From assembly GCA_003153215.1 (NCBI GenBank), contig PLXL01000110.1, forward strand, positions 4,571 to 44,294: 39,724 nt of DNA, written 5' to 3'. Below, piece after piece: positions 10,374 to 18,531 of this stretch. Under the pieces are notes generated by a model that was not told the DNA's origin, ran no database searches, and worked only from the letters and a program-made list of their open reading frames with translations. The DNA is from Candidatus Dormiibacterota bacterium (GTDB taxonomy: Bacteria > Chloroflexota > Dormibacteria > Aeolococcales > Aeolococcaceae). Both the position numbers and the translations under genes were made by a program. Each line of letters begins with the position of its first letter. Position 1 is the stretch's first letter.

Positions 10374-11087
10374 ATGGGGGCCCCGCATCTGATGGTTCCC
10401 GACGCCCGACCGATCAACGGCAGCCTATGGGGCGCATGGGTGCGCGGGGGCGCCGACCGGTGGGAGGTTGTTCGCCGATCCTGGGGGATCTTCACCCGTA
10501 ACACCACCGAGCTCATGGACCTCCTCAACCGCCCCACTACGAACCCGGCCCTGGCGCTAACATTGATGGGCGACGACCTGGAGGCAACCGAGCCCTTCTG
10601 GGGGGAGTTCGATCAGCGGCTCCACAACCACCTCGCCAGTGCCGTCAGTCTCGTCGATCATGCTAGGCGCCTCACCTCCTACTACGAGGCGGACGCTCCC
10701 ACGACGGTCGCCGACTACAAGATGCGGAACGCCACCATCGTGGAGATGAAGGAGGCCGCCTTCCTGCGCGATCTGCGCAATTACCTTCTGCACTACGGAG
10801 CGCCCCCCATCATCCAGACCCTGAGCTTCGGGGGCGGCGGAAGGGTGGCCCGACACGAGATCAAGCTGTCCAGTCAGCGGTTGCTCGAGTGGACGGCGTG
10901 GAACGCACCAGCGCGTGCATATCTCTCCAGCTTCGGCGACCGCGACGGGCCGGTGCTCGGCAGGGACGTCGCAGCGTATTCCAATGCCATGTCGGCACTC
11001 TTCACCTGGCTCTTTAATCAGCGTCGCCTGGTCAGCGACCCCGCGAATGTCCCGAGTCGGTTCCGGATCAACCCCCCGACCCAGTGA
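10374..11087 (+). CDS. hypothetical protein
   Basis: The ORF is protein-like from about MDLLNRPTT (alternative start 10515). It is divergent from the NucS-like gene. I recognise no motif. Confidence 0.5.
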   Translation: MGAPHLMVPDARPINGSLWGAWVRGGADRWEVVRRSWGIFTRNTTELMDLLNRPTTNPALALTLMGDDLEATEPFWGEFDQRLHNHLASAVSLVDHARRLTSYYEADAPTTVADYKMRNATIVEMKEAAFLRDLRNYLLHYGAPPIIQTLSFGGGGRVARHEIKLSSQRLLEWTAWNAPARAYLSSFGDRDGPVLGRDVAAYSNAMSALFTWLFNQRRLVSDPANVPSRFRINPPTQ

Positions 11088-11563
11088 TCGGCCGAGACCA
11101 GAATTGAATCCACCCGGGCAGGCTCCCGGTGTCTCCCCGGGGCGGTGCCAGGTCCCAGCCGGTAGCTCGAGCTGGCCAAGACGCACCCCCAACTCGCCCG
11201 TGGCTCCGTGACCGGCGCTGTGGCGGGAACCGGCCCTTCCAGCTCACGACAAGGACATCGCTGGCGCGTGTCCGCCAGCCTCGATCGCTCCAGCGGTGAT
11301 AGGTTCCACTCCTGGCGGAGGTGCGATCGTCGGTGCGCTCCCGGAGCTCGTCGTGAACACGCCGCGCGACACCCTCACAAGCCGGGAGTTCCCGTTCTCG
11401 ATGTCGACCGAGGGGGCCGCAGCGGCGGGGACGGTCGAAGGCATCAACCCGATCCTAACGGCGATGACGGGGTGTGAGCCCCCACCCGGCAACAACCACC
11501 ACACGCTAAGGAGTGGAGCCCGCCAAAGGGTTCACGAACGGATCACGAGCGGATCGGTGCTCC

Positions 11564-12499
11564 CTACTCAATAGTTCGCTCCGAGGACAGCCCCCAAAAC
11601 CGGTCAAAGAACGTACCGAGTCGAGTCAGAGCACGCTGCTTCTTGTCGCTGTGACTTCCGTCAGCCAAGAAGCGCGAGACGGGCGCCAAGATCACGGTGA
11701 TGGCCGTCCCGGTTGTCGGGATACGGCCATCGCGGAACGCGCGCGCAACAAAAGCTTTGGTCTCGTCAGGTTTGAGGCCTTCCTGCGCGATGATGTCATT
11801 GAGCTCGGCTGTGCGTTTCGCCTCGATGTGCGCCCGCCACTCCTCATCGATCTGACCGCTCGCTGAGACACGGTCAACGAATTCCATGATCAGGTCGATC
11901 TTGTTGCGCAGGGTTGGGCTGGACTCTACGGCGCTTCGGATCTTCGTGAGAGTATCGATCGTCTTGTCGGAGCCATCGCCGCGGGACTCGCGCCACTTCT
12001 GAACCAGCATGAGGATGTAGTCGACGTTGATCTCCACCTGCTTGATGAGCTCGATCTCAAAGACGATGTCATCGTTGATGGATTCCCTCTCCGCGGAATC
12101 GTCCTTGCGGAACTCGGCGTAGAGTTCAAGATAGACGCTGCGATAGTCCTGGCCCTGGCGCTCGCTCAGTAGTTCGTGGCCTGCAAACTCGTCGAACGCG
12201 GTCAGGATGTTCTCGAGGCGCAAGATAGCGCTGAACAGGGCGATGAACTCCTTCTGGGCCGCCTCGCCGACAATCGGTTCGCCGGCCGGAAACCTAAGGA
12301 GCAGCTCGTGGGCCCGCCCGGCGTACTCGGCGTAGTACTCGCCAAAAGGCTTGAGGAGCACGATGCCGCGAGCATCCTTGTTACCGAACAAGGCTATGGC
12401 TTCGTTGGTCTCCTCCTCGAGATCGCGAAATGAGACAATATTGCCGTAGGTCTTGACGGAGTTGAGGATCCGATTGGTCCGCGAGAACGCCTGTATCAA
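11564..12499 (-). CDS. hsdR: HsdR C-terminal fragment (311 aa), separated from the N-terminal part by a frameshift
   Basis: It begins (L)IQAFSRTNRILN, the conserved helicase motif VI region of HsdR. Read upstream, the same frame gives RNHGLIQAFSR, which continues the N-terminal fragment after a 1-nt shift. Confidence 0.85.
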   Translation of the reverse strand: MIQAFSRTNRILNSVKTYGNIVSFRDLEEETNEAIALFGNKDARGIVLLKPFGEYYAEYAGRAHELLLRFPAGEPIVGEAAQKEFIALFSAILRLENILTAFDEFAGHELLSERQGQDYRSVYLELYAEFRKDDSAERESINDDIVFEIELIKQVEINVDYILMLVQKWRESRGDGSDKTIDTLTKIRSAVESSPTLRNKIDLIMEFVDRVSASGQIDEEWRAHIEAKRTAELNDIIAQEGLKPDETKAFVARAFRDGRIPTTGTAITVILAPVSRFLADGSHSDKKQRALTRLGTFFDRFWGLSSERTIE

Positions 12500-14664
12500 A
12501 CCGTGGTTACGAGACGCTTGTCGACGAATAGCGTATTGAGCGTCGTAGCGTCGAAGCCAGTCAGGAGCATGTTCACGACGATGACCAGGTCTATCTCCCG
12601 CTTCTTCAGACGCTGCGAAAGGTCCTTGTAATAGTTCTGGAACTTGTCGGCAGAGGTGTCGAAGCTCGTGCTGAAGATGGCGTTGTAGTCGATGAGCGCC
12701 TGGTCGAGGAAATCCCTTGACGACTGGTCGAGCAACGCTGTCTCGAAGCCTTCCTCGTCTAGGTAGTCGTCGCCAACGTCCTCGTTGGCAGCGTAGGAGT
12801 AGATGATGCCGACCTTGAGTCGTTGGTCTGGAGTGAGACCCTTCTGCTGAGCCTTGAACTCGGCGTAGTACCGCTTGGCGGCATCGATCGATGCGGTGGC
12901 GAACAGTGCATTGAACCCGTGAACACGCTTTCCGGCGAGTGAGTAGTGCTCCGCGCGCTTGGTCTTCTGGTCAAAATGTGCCAGCGTATACGCGACGACC
13001 TGCTGCAGACGCTCCCGCGCAACAAGGGCTCGTTCGGTGTCGATGGACGAGACTTGCTTGTCGCGGAGGCCGTCGGGTGGCTTGATCGTGTTGACGTAAT
13101 CGATGCGAAACGGCAGGACATTTCTGTCGCTGATCGCATCGACAATCGTGTAAGCGTGGATCGCCAGCTGATGCTGATCTAGCGGGCAAGTGGTGGGGTC
13201 CCCGTGCAAAAGGCAGCCGAACGCCTGGGCAGTGGTGCGCAGGCCACGGTTGCTACTACTGCTGGCGTTGACTGAAAAGATTGGTGTCCCGGTAAAGCCG
13301 AACAGGTTGTACCGCTTGAACGCTCGAGTGACGGCGGTGTGCATGTCACCGAACTGCGAGCGGTGGCACTCATCGAAGATGATCACGACGTGGCCGTCGT
13401 AGATGACGTGGCCCTTGTTCGCCGCGATGAACATCGCCAGCTTCTGAATCGTCGTGACGATGATCTTGGCGCTGGGGTCTTCCAGCTGCCTCTTGAGCAC
13501 GGCAGTCGAGGTGTTCGAGTTGGCGGCGCCCTTTTCAAATCGGTCGTATTCAAGCATGGTTTGGTAGTCGAGATCCTTGCGGTCTACAACGAAAAGCACC
13601 TTGCCGACGTCAGCGAGCTTGGACGCGAGTTGCGCCGACTTGAAGCTAGTGAGCGTCTTGCCAGAGCCGGTGGTGTGCCAGATGTAGCCGCCAGCGCCGA
13701 GCGTGCCGAGCTGCTTGTAGTTGGTTGAGATCTCGATCTTCTGCAGGATCCGCTCCGTCGCCACGATTTGGTACGGGCGCATGACCAGGAGAAGCCGGTC
13801 GACGGTGAGTACGCAGTATCTCGTGAGGATGTTGAGAAGGGCACGCTTCGCGAAGAAGGTCTTGGTAAATCCAGGCAGGTCGCGAATCGGCCTGTTGGTG
13901 GCGTCGGCCCACCACGAGGTGAATGCAAACGAGTTCGAGGTCTTCCTGCCCCGCCGGGCCCCGCGGCTCTCTTCGAGGTGCTGGCGGCGGGTGGTATTGG
14001 AGTAGTACTTGGTTAGCGTGCCGTTGCTGATCACGAACAGCTGCACATACTCGAACAGGCCCGAACCAGCCCAGAAGCTGTCGCGCTGATACCGGTCGAT
14101 CTGGTTGAACGCCTCGCGGATGTCGACGCCGCGCCGCTTGAGTTCGACATGCACGAGCGGCAAGCCGTTAACCAGCACGGTCACGTCGTAGCGGTTGGAA
14201 TGGGCCGCGCCGCCCGTGCCCTTTCCTATCTCGTACTGGTTGATGACCTGCAGCCGGTTGTTGTGGATATTCGACTTGTCTAGGAGAGTGACGTTCTTCG
14301 TCGAGCCATCGCCACGCTTTAGGATTTGGACGTGATCTTCTTGGATGCGGACCGTCTTCTCGACAATGCCATCGGTCGCACCCCCGATCTTCTCGTTGAA
14401 GAAGCGGCCCCACTCATCATCGGAGAACGTCATCGAGTTCAGCATCTCGAGCTGCGTGCGCAGGTTCGCGATGAGCTGCGCCTCAGTGGTGATCGGGAGG
14501 TAGTCATATGCCTGTGACGTTAGGACCTTGATGAACTCCCGCTCCAAGTCGGACTCCGATTGGTAGGCCGTCTCGATGGCTGGATCTGAGATGAATTCCG
14601 CAACGACCGTGCTCTCCGCGCTGACCGCGATCGGCTCGTACCGAGTGACAATGCGCTCGCTCAT
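12496..14664 (-). CDS. hsdR: Type I restriction enzyme R subunit HsdR, N-terminal 722-aa fragment (nuclease + helicase core)
   Basis: PD-(D/E)xK YDVTVLVNGLPLVHVELKRRG; Walker A HTTGSGKTLTS; DEAH-type box IIFDECHRSQ; FGFTGTP. It ends prematurely at ...LNTLFVDKRLVTTV* and its start overlaps the hsdS stop. Confidence 0.9.
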   Translation of the reverse strand: MSERIVTRYEPIAVSAESTVVAEFISDPAIETAYQSESDLEREFIKVLTSQAYDYLPITTEAQLIANLRTQLEMLNSMTFSDDEWGRFFNEKIGGATDGIVEKTVRIQEDHVQILKRGDGSTKNVTLLDKSNIHNNRLQVINQYEIGKGTGGAAHSNRYDVTVLVNGLPLVHVELKRRGVDIREAFNQIDRYQRDSFWAGSGLFEYVQLFVISNGTLTKYYSNTTRRQHLEESRGARRGRKTSNSFAFTSWWADATNRPIRDLPGFTKTFFAKRALLNILTRYCVLTVDRLLLVMRPYQIVATERILQKIEISTNYKQLGTLGAGGYIWHTTGSGKTLTSFKSAQLASKLADVGKVLFVVDRKDLDYQTMLEYDRFEKGAANSNTSTAVLKRQLEDPSAKIIVTTIQKLAMFIAANKGHVIYDGHVVIIFDECHRSQFGDMHTAVTRAFKRYNLFGFTGTPIFSVNASSSSNRGLRTTAQAFGCLLHGDPTTCPLDQHQLAIHAYTIVDAISDRNVLPFRIDYVNTIKPPDGLRDKQVSSIDTERALVARERLQQVVAYTLAHFDQKTKRAEHYSLAGKRVHGFNALFATASIDAAKRYYAEFKAQQKGLTPDQRLKVGIIYSYAANEDVGDDYLDEEGFETALLDQSSRDFLDQALIDYNAIFSTSFDTSADKFQNYYKDLSQRLKKREIDLVIVVNMLLTGFDATTLNTLFVDKRLVTTV

Positions 14665-15851
14665 GCAACCGCCTTCTCGAAGGTCAGAAGTCTGTTCCGG
14701 TAGTACTCGTACTGCCTTCGACGAGCGCTGAATTCAGCGGAGAGACCTTCGGATAGACTCTTGACGAGCGCCTCGCAACTATCGAGAATCCCGACAATGC
14801 GTTGCTGCTCCTCAGGCGATGGCCACGGGATGGGGATCTTGTTCAGGCTCGCCTGGTTTAGTTTGGGCTGCGGGCCACCAGTTACATACGGACTCAGGTC
14901 CATTGAGTTGAGATAGATTTCGACGAAGCGCCGCTCGGCATATGAACGGAACTCCAATACGTGCGCATGATTGTTAACCCAGGTTCTGCCCGATATTGAG
15001 AAGGCAATCGGTGTGGACCGAGCAAGCAAGTTCGCTCCATCTTCCGATATGAGAAGAAAGTCGCCGTCGAAAATGAAGTTGCTCACGTAATCAACAACCC
15101 CTGAGGCGCCGTAGTAAGGATAGTCGCCAGCCTCACGCGCCGCCTTGGTAACCGGCTTTCGACGCGAATCCAGATTGGTTGAAATGTCAGGCATCGTGAC
15201 CCACCTGCGCTCCGCCGACTCAGAGAAGGCCAATAGCTGGTCCCGGTAGTGGGCATACTGACGACGCCGTGCCTCTAGCTCTGCCTCCAGCTCCGCCTCT
15301 AGCTCCGCCTCTAACTCGGTAAAGTGATCCAATACTCCAGCGATCTCCTCCTGCACCTCGATCGGCGGCACGGGGATACGCAGTGTTTTGAGCGAATCGC
15401 CAGACAAGCGACGGACCTTCGTGCCAGTGATGTGTCGTTTCTTCTGGCCTTGGAACTGATCGGACTGGAAGAAGTAAGCGACGTAGCGCGGATCGAGCGA
15501 GTGGCGGTAGATGTAAGCGTCGCCGCTAACCGCGACTTCGCCCTCGCCAATCCACGCGGTTGCTTTGCCGACTGCGGCGTCATCTTCGCTCGTCGTCGCG
15601 ATGATCAAGTCGCCAGGCTTTGCACGTCGAAGCCTAGCGGCGAGTGCTGGCTCGGTGAACGACTTCGTCGCACGAGTCCAGGTTCCGTAATACGTGTGGA
15701 TCTGGCCGTAGTGGATCGCGGGCGCCCCGTCGGCGGTCAACGCGGACTTTGGCAACCCACTTCCGCGGATGAAGTCGCCCACATCGCCCAGCTCCTTGAA
15801 GTGCACTCCATTAGGGGCCAGGTCCTGGAGCAGCATGTCAATCCGGCTCAC
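14661..15851 (-). CDS. hsdS: Type I R-M specificity subunit HsdS
   Basis: 396 aa with two target-recognition halves. Each half is followed by a conserved helix (RRRQYAHYRDQLLAF and RRRQYEYYRNRLLTF). It has 4-nt overlaps with hsdM and hsdR. Confidence 0.9.
   Translation of the reverse strand: MSRIDMLLQDLAPNGVHFKELGDVGDFIRGSGLPKSALTADGAPAIHYGQIHTYYGTWTRATKSFTEPALAARLRRAKPGDLIIATTSEDDAAVGKATAWIGEGEVAVSGDAYIYRHSLDPRYVAYFFQSDQFQGQKKRHITGTKVRRLSGDSLKTLRIPVPPIEVQEEIAGVLDHFTELEAELEAELEAELEARRRQYAHYRDQLLAFSESAERRWVTMPDISTNLDSRRKPVTKAAREAGDYPYYGASGVVDYVSNFIFDGDFLLISEDGANLLARSTPIAFSISGRTWVNNHAHVLEFRSYAERRFVEIYLNSMDLSPYVTGGPQPKLNQASLNKIPIPWPSPEEQQRIVGILDSCEALVKSLSEGLSAEFSARRRQYEYYRNRLLTFEKAVA
15271..15318. 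repeat. 4 x 12-nt imperfect tandem repeat encoding (ELEA)4 in the central conserved helix of HsdS
   Basis: Plus-strand units are gcctctagctct / gcctccagctcc / gcctctagctcc / gcctctaactcg. The minus-strand translation is TELEAELEAELEAELEARRRQ. Confidence 0.9.
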
Positions 15852-17782
15852 GAGACGCCCTCCAGGTCAGCGACGATGGCATCGATGGAGGCCCGGAGTT
15901 TGGCCTGGCGAGCCACGATTTGGCCGATCCGCGCGTTCAACGCGTTGATGTCCACCGCCTCTCGTGTGTCCTCGGCTTCGAGATAGGACGAGACGGAGAT
16001 GAGGTAGTCGCGATCGGCGATCTCCGTGTTGGAAACCACCAGAGCAAAGTGATCGATGTCGCCCCGCGCGGTGAAAGCGTCGAGTATGCGCTGCTGGTTT
16101 CCGTCGGTGAGCTTGTTCTTGTTGCCGCCGTGCACGAACTCAGCCGAGGCATTGATAAAGACCACGTCGTTCGTCTTCTTCGATTTCTTCAAGACGACGA
16201 TGCATGTAGCGATCGTCGTGCCGAAGAAGAGGTCTGGCGGGAGCTGGATGACTGCGTCGACGTAGTTGTTGTCAATCAGGTACTTGCGGATCTTCTGTTC
16301 CACGCCTCCCCGATACAAGACGCCTGGGAACTGGACGATCGCCGCCGTGCCGTTGACCGCAAGCCAGCTGAGCATATGCATCGTAAAGGCGAGATCGGCC
16401 TTCGACTTCGGTGCGAGCACGCCGGCGGGTGCGTATCTCGGATCATTGATTAGGAGCGGGTTGCTGTCCCCCTCCCACTTGATCGAGTAGGGAGGGTTGG
16501 AGACGATCGCCTCGAAGGGTTCGTCGTCCCAATGCGCCGGGTCCATCAGCGTATCGCCGTGTGCGATATCGAACTGTTCGTAGTTGATGTCGTGCAGGAA
16601 CATGTTGATCCGGGCCAGATTGTACGTAGTCAGGTTGATTTCCTGGCCAAAGAAGCCTAGCCGCACGTTGCCCTTTCCAAGCACCTTGGCGAACTGGAGG
16701 AGCAATGACCCGGAGCCACAGGCCGGGTCGTATACCTTGTTCACTGATGTCTTCCCGACAACTGTGATTCGAGCCAGCAGCTCGCTAACCTCCTGCGGCG
16801 TGAAGAACTCACCGCCGGACTTGCCCGCACCTGAGGCGTACATGGTCATCAGGTACTCGTACGCGTCACCGAAGGTATCAATGGTGTTTGCAGTGAACTC
16901 GCGGCCGAGGTCCAGGTCGCCGATTGCATCGAGGAGCTTGCTGAGCCTCGCGTTCCGCTTGGCCACGGTCGGGCCGAGTTTCGCGCTGTTGACGTCGAGG
17001 TCGTCGAACAGGCCTTTGAGGTCGTCCTCACTCTCGGTACCGAGAGCGGATCCTTCGATATGTCGAAAGATCCTTTCGAGCGTCTCGTTGAGGTTGTCGT
17101 CGGTAGCGGCGCGGTTCTGGACATTGGCAAACAGCTCGCTCGGGAGAATGTAGAAGCCCTTTTCGACGACGGTCTCTGTACGGCCAAACTCCGCCGCTTC
17201 GTCGCTGATGGTGGCGTAGTCGAAGTCGGCGTGGTCGGCCCTGCGTTCACCGCTATTGATGTAGGCGGTCAGGTTCTCGGAGATGAAGCGATAGAAGAGC
17301 ATCCCGAGGACGTAGGCCTTAAAGTCCCATCCGTCGACGCTGCCACGCAGATCGTTGGCGATACGCCAAATCGTCTTGTGCAGCTCAGCGCGCTGGACCT
17401 CCTTTTTGTTCCCTGGTGCTTGGCTGGCGGCGTCAAGGGGCAGCTCCAGCATGCTGGAAAGCGAGACGCGTTCTTGTCGGGCTCGCGGGGTGGCCGGCCC
17501 CGCCCGGTGTATCCCCCCAGGCATGGGCATCGGCACGGGGGCGGGCCCCTGCACCTTGGGGCTCCGAACGATCCGACCGAGCACTCTTTTGAGCTCAGCC
17601 AGCTGATCGTCAGACGGCTGGCTGCGGCCTGTTTCCCAACTGGAGACTTGACCCTGGCTGTATCCCACCTCGGCAGCGGTCTCCGCCTGGGTAAATCCCT
17701 GACGCTGGCGAGCCCGCCGGATCGCGTCACCGAGAGAATTGTCTGCCTGACTCACTGGCACGTCCTCAAGGGTGCCTTGCAA
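15848..17782 (-). CDS. hsdM: Type I R-M N6-adenine DNA methyltransferase HsdM with N-terminal XRE-family HTH fusion
   Basis: HsdM N-domain WRIANDLRGSVDGWDFKAYVLGMLFYRFISE; motif I VYDPACGSGSLLLQ; motif IV SNPPYSIKW. Residues ~16-68 (LGDAIRRARQRQGFTQAETAAEVGYSQGQVSSWETGRSQPSDDQLAELKRVLG) form a classical HTH_3/XRE domain. A Pro-rich linker follows, in the same frame with no stop. The annotated start is TTG; an internal in-frame ATG lies at 17452. Confidence 0.9.
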   Translation of the reverse strand: MQGTLEDVPVSQADNSLGDAIRRARQRQGFTQAETAAEVGYSQGQVSSWETGRSQPSDDQLAELKRVLGRIVRSPKVQGPAPVPMPMPGGIHRAGPATPRARQERVSLSSMLELPLDAASQAPGNKKEVQRAELHKTIWRIANDLRGSVDGWDFKAYVLGMLFYRFISENLTAYINSGERRADHADFDYATISDEAAEFGRTETVVEKGFYILPSELFANVQNRAATDDNLNETLERIFRHIEGSALGTESEDDLKGLFDDLDVNSAKLGPTVAKRNARLSKLLDAIGDLDLGREFTANTIDTFGDAYEYLMTMYASGAGKSGGEFFTPQEVSELLARITVVGKTSVNKVYDPACGSGSLLLQFAKVLGKGNVRLGFFGQEINLTTYNLARINMFLHDINYEQFDIAHGDTLMDPAHWDDEPFEAIVSNPPYSIKWEGDSNPLLINDPRYAPAGVLAPKSKADLAFTMHMLSWLAVNGTAAIVQFPGVLYRGGVEQKIRKYLIDNNYVDAVIQLPPDLFFGTTIATCIVVLKKSKKTNDVVFINASAEFVHGGNKNKLTDGNQQRILDAFTARGDIDHFALVVSNTEIADRDYLISVSSYLEAEDTREAVDINALNARIGQIVARQAKLRASIDAIVADLEGVS

Positions 17783-17831
17783 AGCGTCGGCGAGACCAAC
17801 GCTGCGACGGCCTTAGATTACGTCAATCACG

Positions 17832-17871
17832 ACAAGCTGGTGGCTAAACCAGTTCGACGTGACCAACTTGT
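17832..17871. promoter_or_regulatory. 10-nt inverted repeat upstream of hsdM (candidate operator or leader hairpin)
   Basis: acaagctggt (17832-17841) pairs with accaacttgt (17862-17871), 9/10 complementary with a 20-nt spacer. It lies in the AT-richer 147-nt region upstream of the HTH-HsdM ORF. Confidence 0.3.
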
Positions 17872-17929
17872 TGCGTGCGATCGCTTCATTACTAACAAAG
17901 GTTGCACACCGCGGTGTAGTCGGCGGAGA

Positions 17930-18343
17930 TCAGCGGACGGCTTCCGGCCGGTATCCCCTGTCCTGTGCGCACGCGGGGCAAACGGTCTTTAGCCATTTAT
18001 GGCCGGATTCTCCACGGCTCATGAGCCGGCCCGGAGCGCCACAAATCTCACAGCAGGACGCGGCTTCTTCGGCAGCTGCGTCGATGGCCGACTGCATTGC
18101 CTGGTCGTGACCGCCGGGGCTCACGAAATCCCAGACCAGGAGGCCGTACCGCTCCTCGACACCCAGAATCGAGTGTTCCGGGTCGATGGCGGTCAACTTC
18201 TCGTTGAGGGAAGCGATGATCGGCACCCAACCAGCCCCCACCCCTATGCGCGGCTCGGACCCCGGCCGTATGCGCCGGCGAATCTGCTCGAGACTGGCGG
18301 CAAATTCACCCGCGTCCGCGGGGACGCCCGGCGGGCCGCTCAC
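17930..18343 (-). CDS. hypothetical protein with C-terminal Cys4 zinc-ribbon (CCEICG...CPAC)
   Basis: The protein-like part starts at GTG 18343, which overlaps the upstream stop (GTGA): VSGPPGVPADAGEFAASLEQIRRR...SCCEICGAPGRLMSRGESGHKWLKTVCPACAQD. The longer track ORF (to 18631) has a junk-like N-terminus. Confidence 0.55.
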   Translation of the reverse strand: MSGPPGVPADAGEFAASLEQIRRRIRPGSEPRIGVGAGWVPIIASLNEKLTAIDPEHSILGVEERYGLLVWDFVSPGGHDQAMQSAIDAAAEEAASCCEICGAPGRLMSRGESGHKWLKTVCPACAQDRGYRPEAVR

Positions 18344-18531
18344 GTGCTCGTCCGCTTGACCACGGGCTTGTAGATCAGCACCCGGATGATGATGAGCACG
18401 ATGACGGCACCGAGTCGGAGCTCCATCAGACCCACGAGACGAAGGGCTGTCAACACGGTCAGCACCACCACGGCAGACGGCCCGCCCCTCGCGTCGTCCG
18501 CCGACGGCGATTCGCCGAGATCCTCGGTCAT
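18340..18531 (-). CDS. small single-pass membrane protein (63 aa)
   Basis: MTEDLGESPSADDARGGPSAVVVLTVLTALRLVGLMELRLGAVIVLIIIRVLIYKPVVKRTST. Its ATG overlaps the Lon-like stop (ATGA at 18528-18531) and its stop overlaps the next GTG. Confidence 0.5.
   Translation of the reverse strand: MTEDLGESPSADDARGGPSAVVVLTVLTALRLVGLMELRLGAVIVLIIIRVLIYKPVVKRTST

Noticed and set aside
11088-11563. Short ORFs (11244..11504 minus, 11296..11574 plus) in the convergent gap between the hypothetical gene and hsdR
   Set aside because: They have no motifs, no RBS and conflicting overlapping frames. The region may hold degraded sequence or terminators, but nothing I can support.
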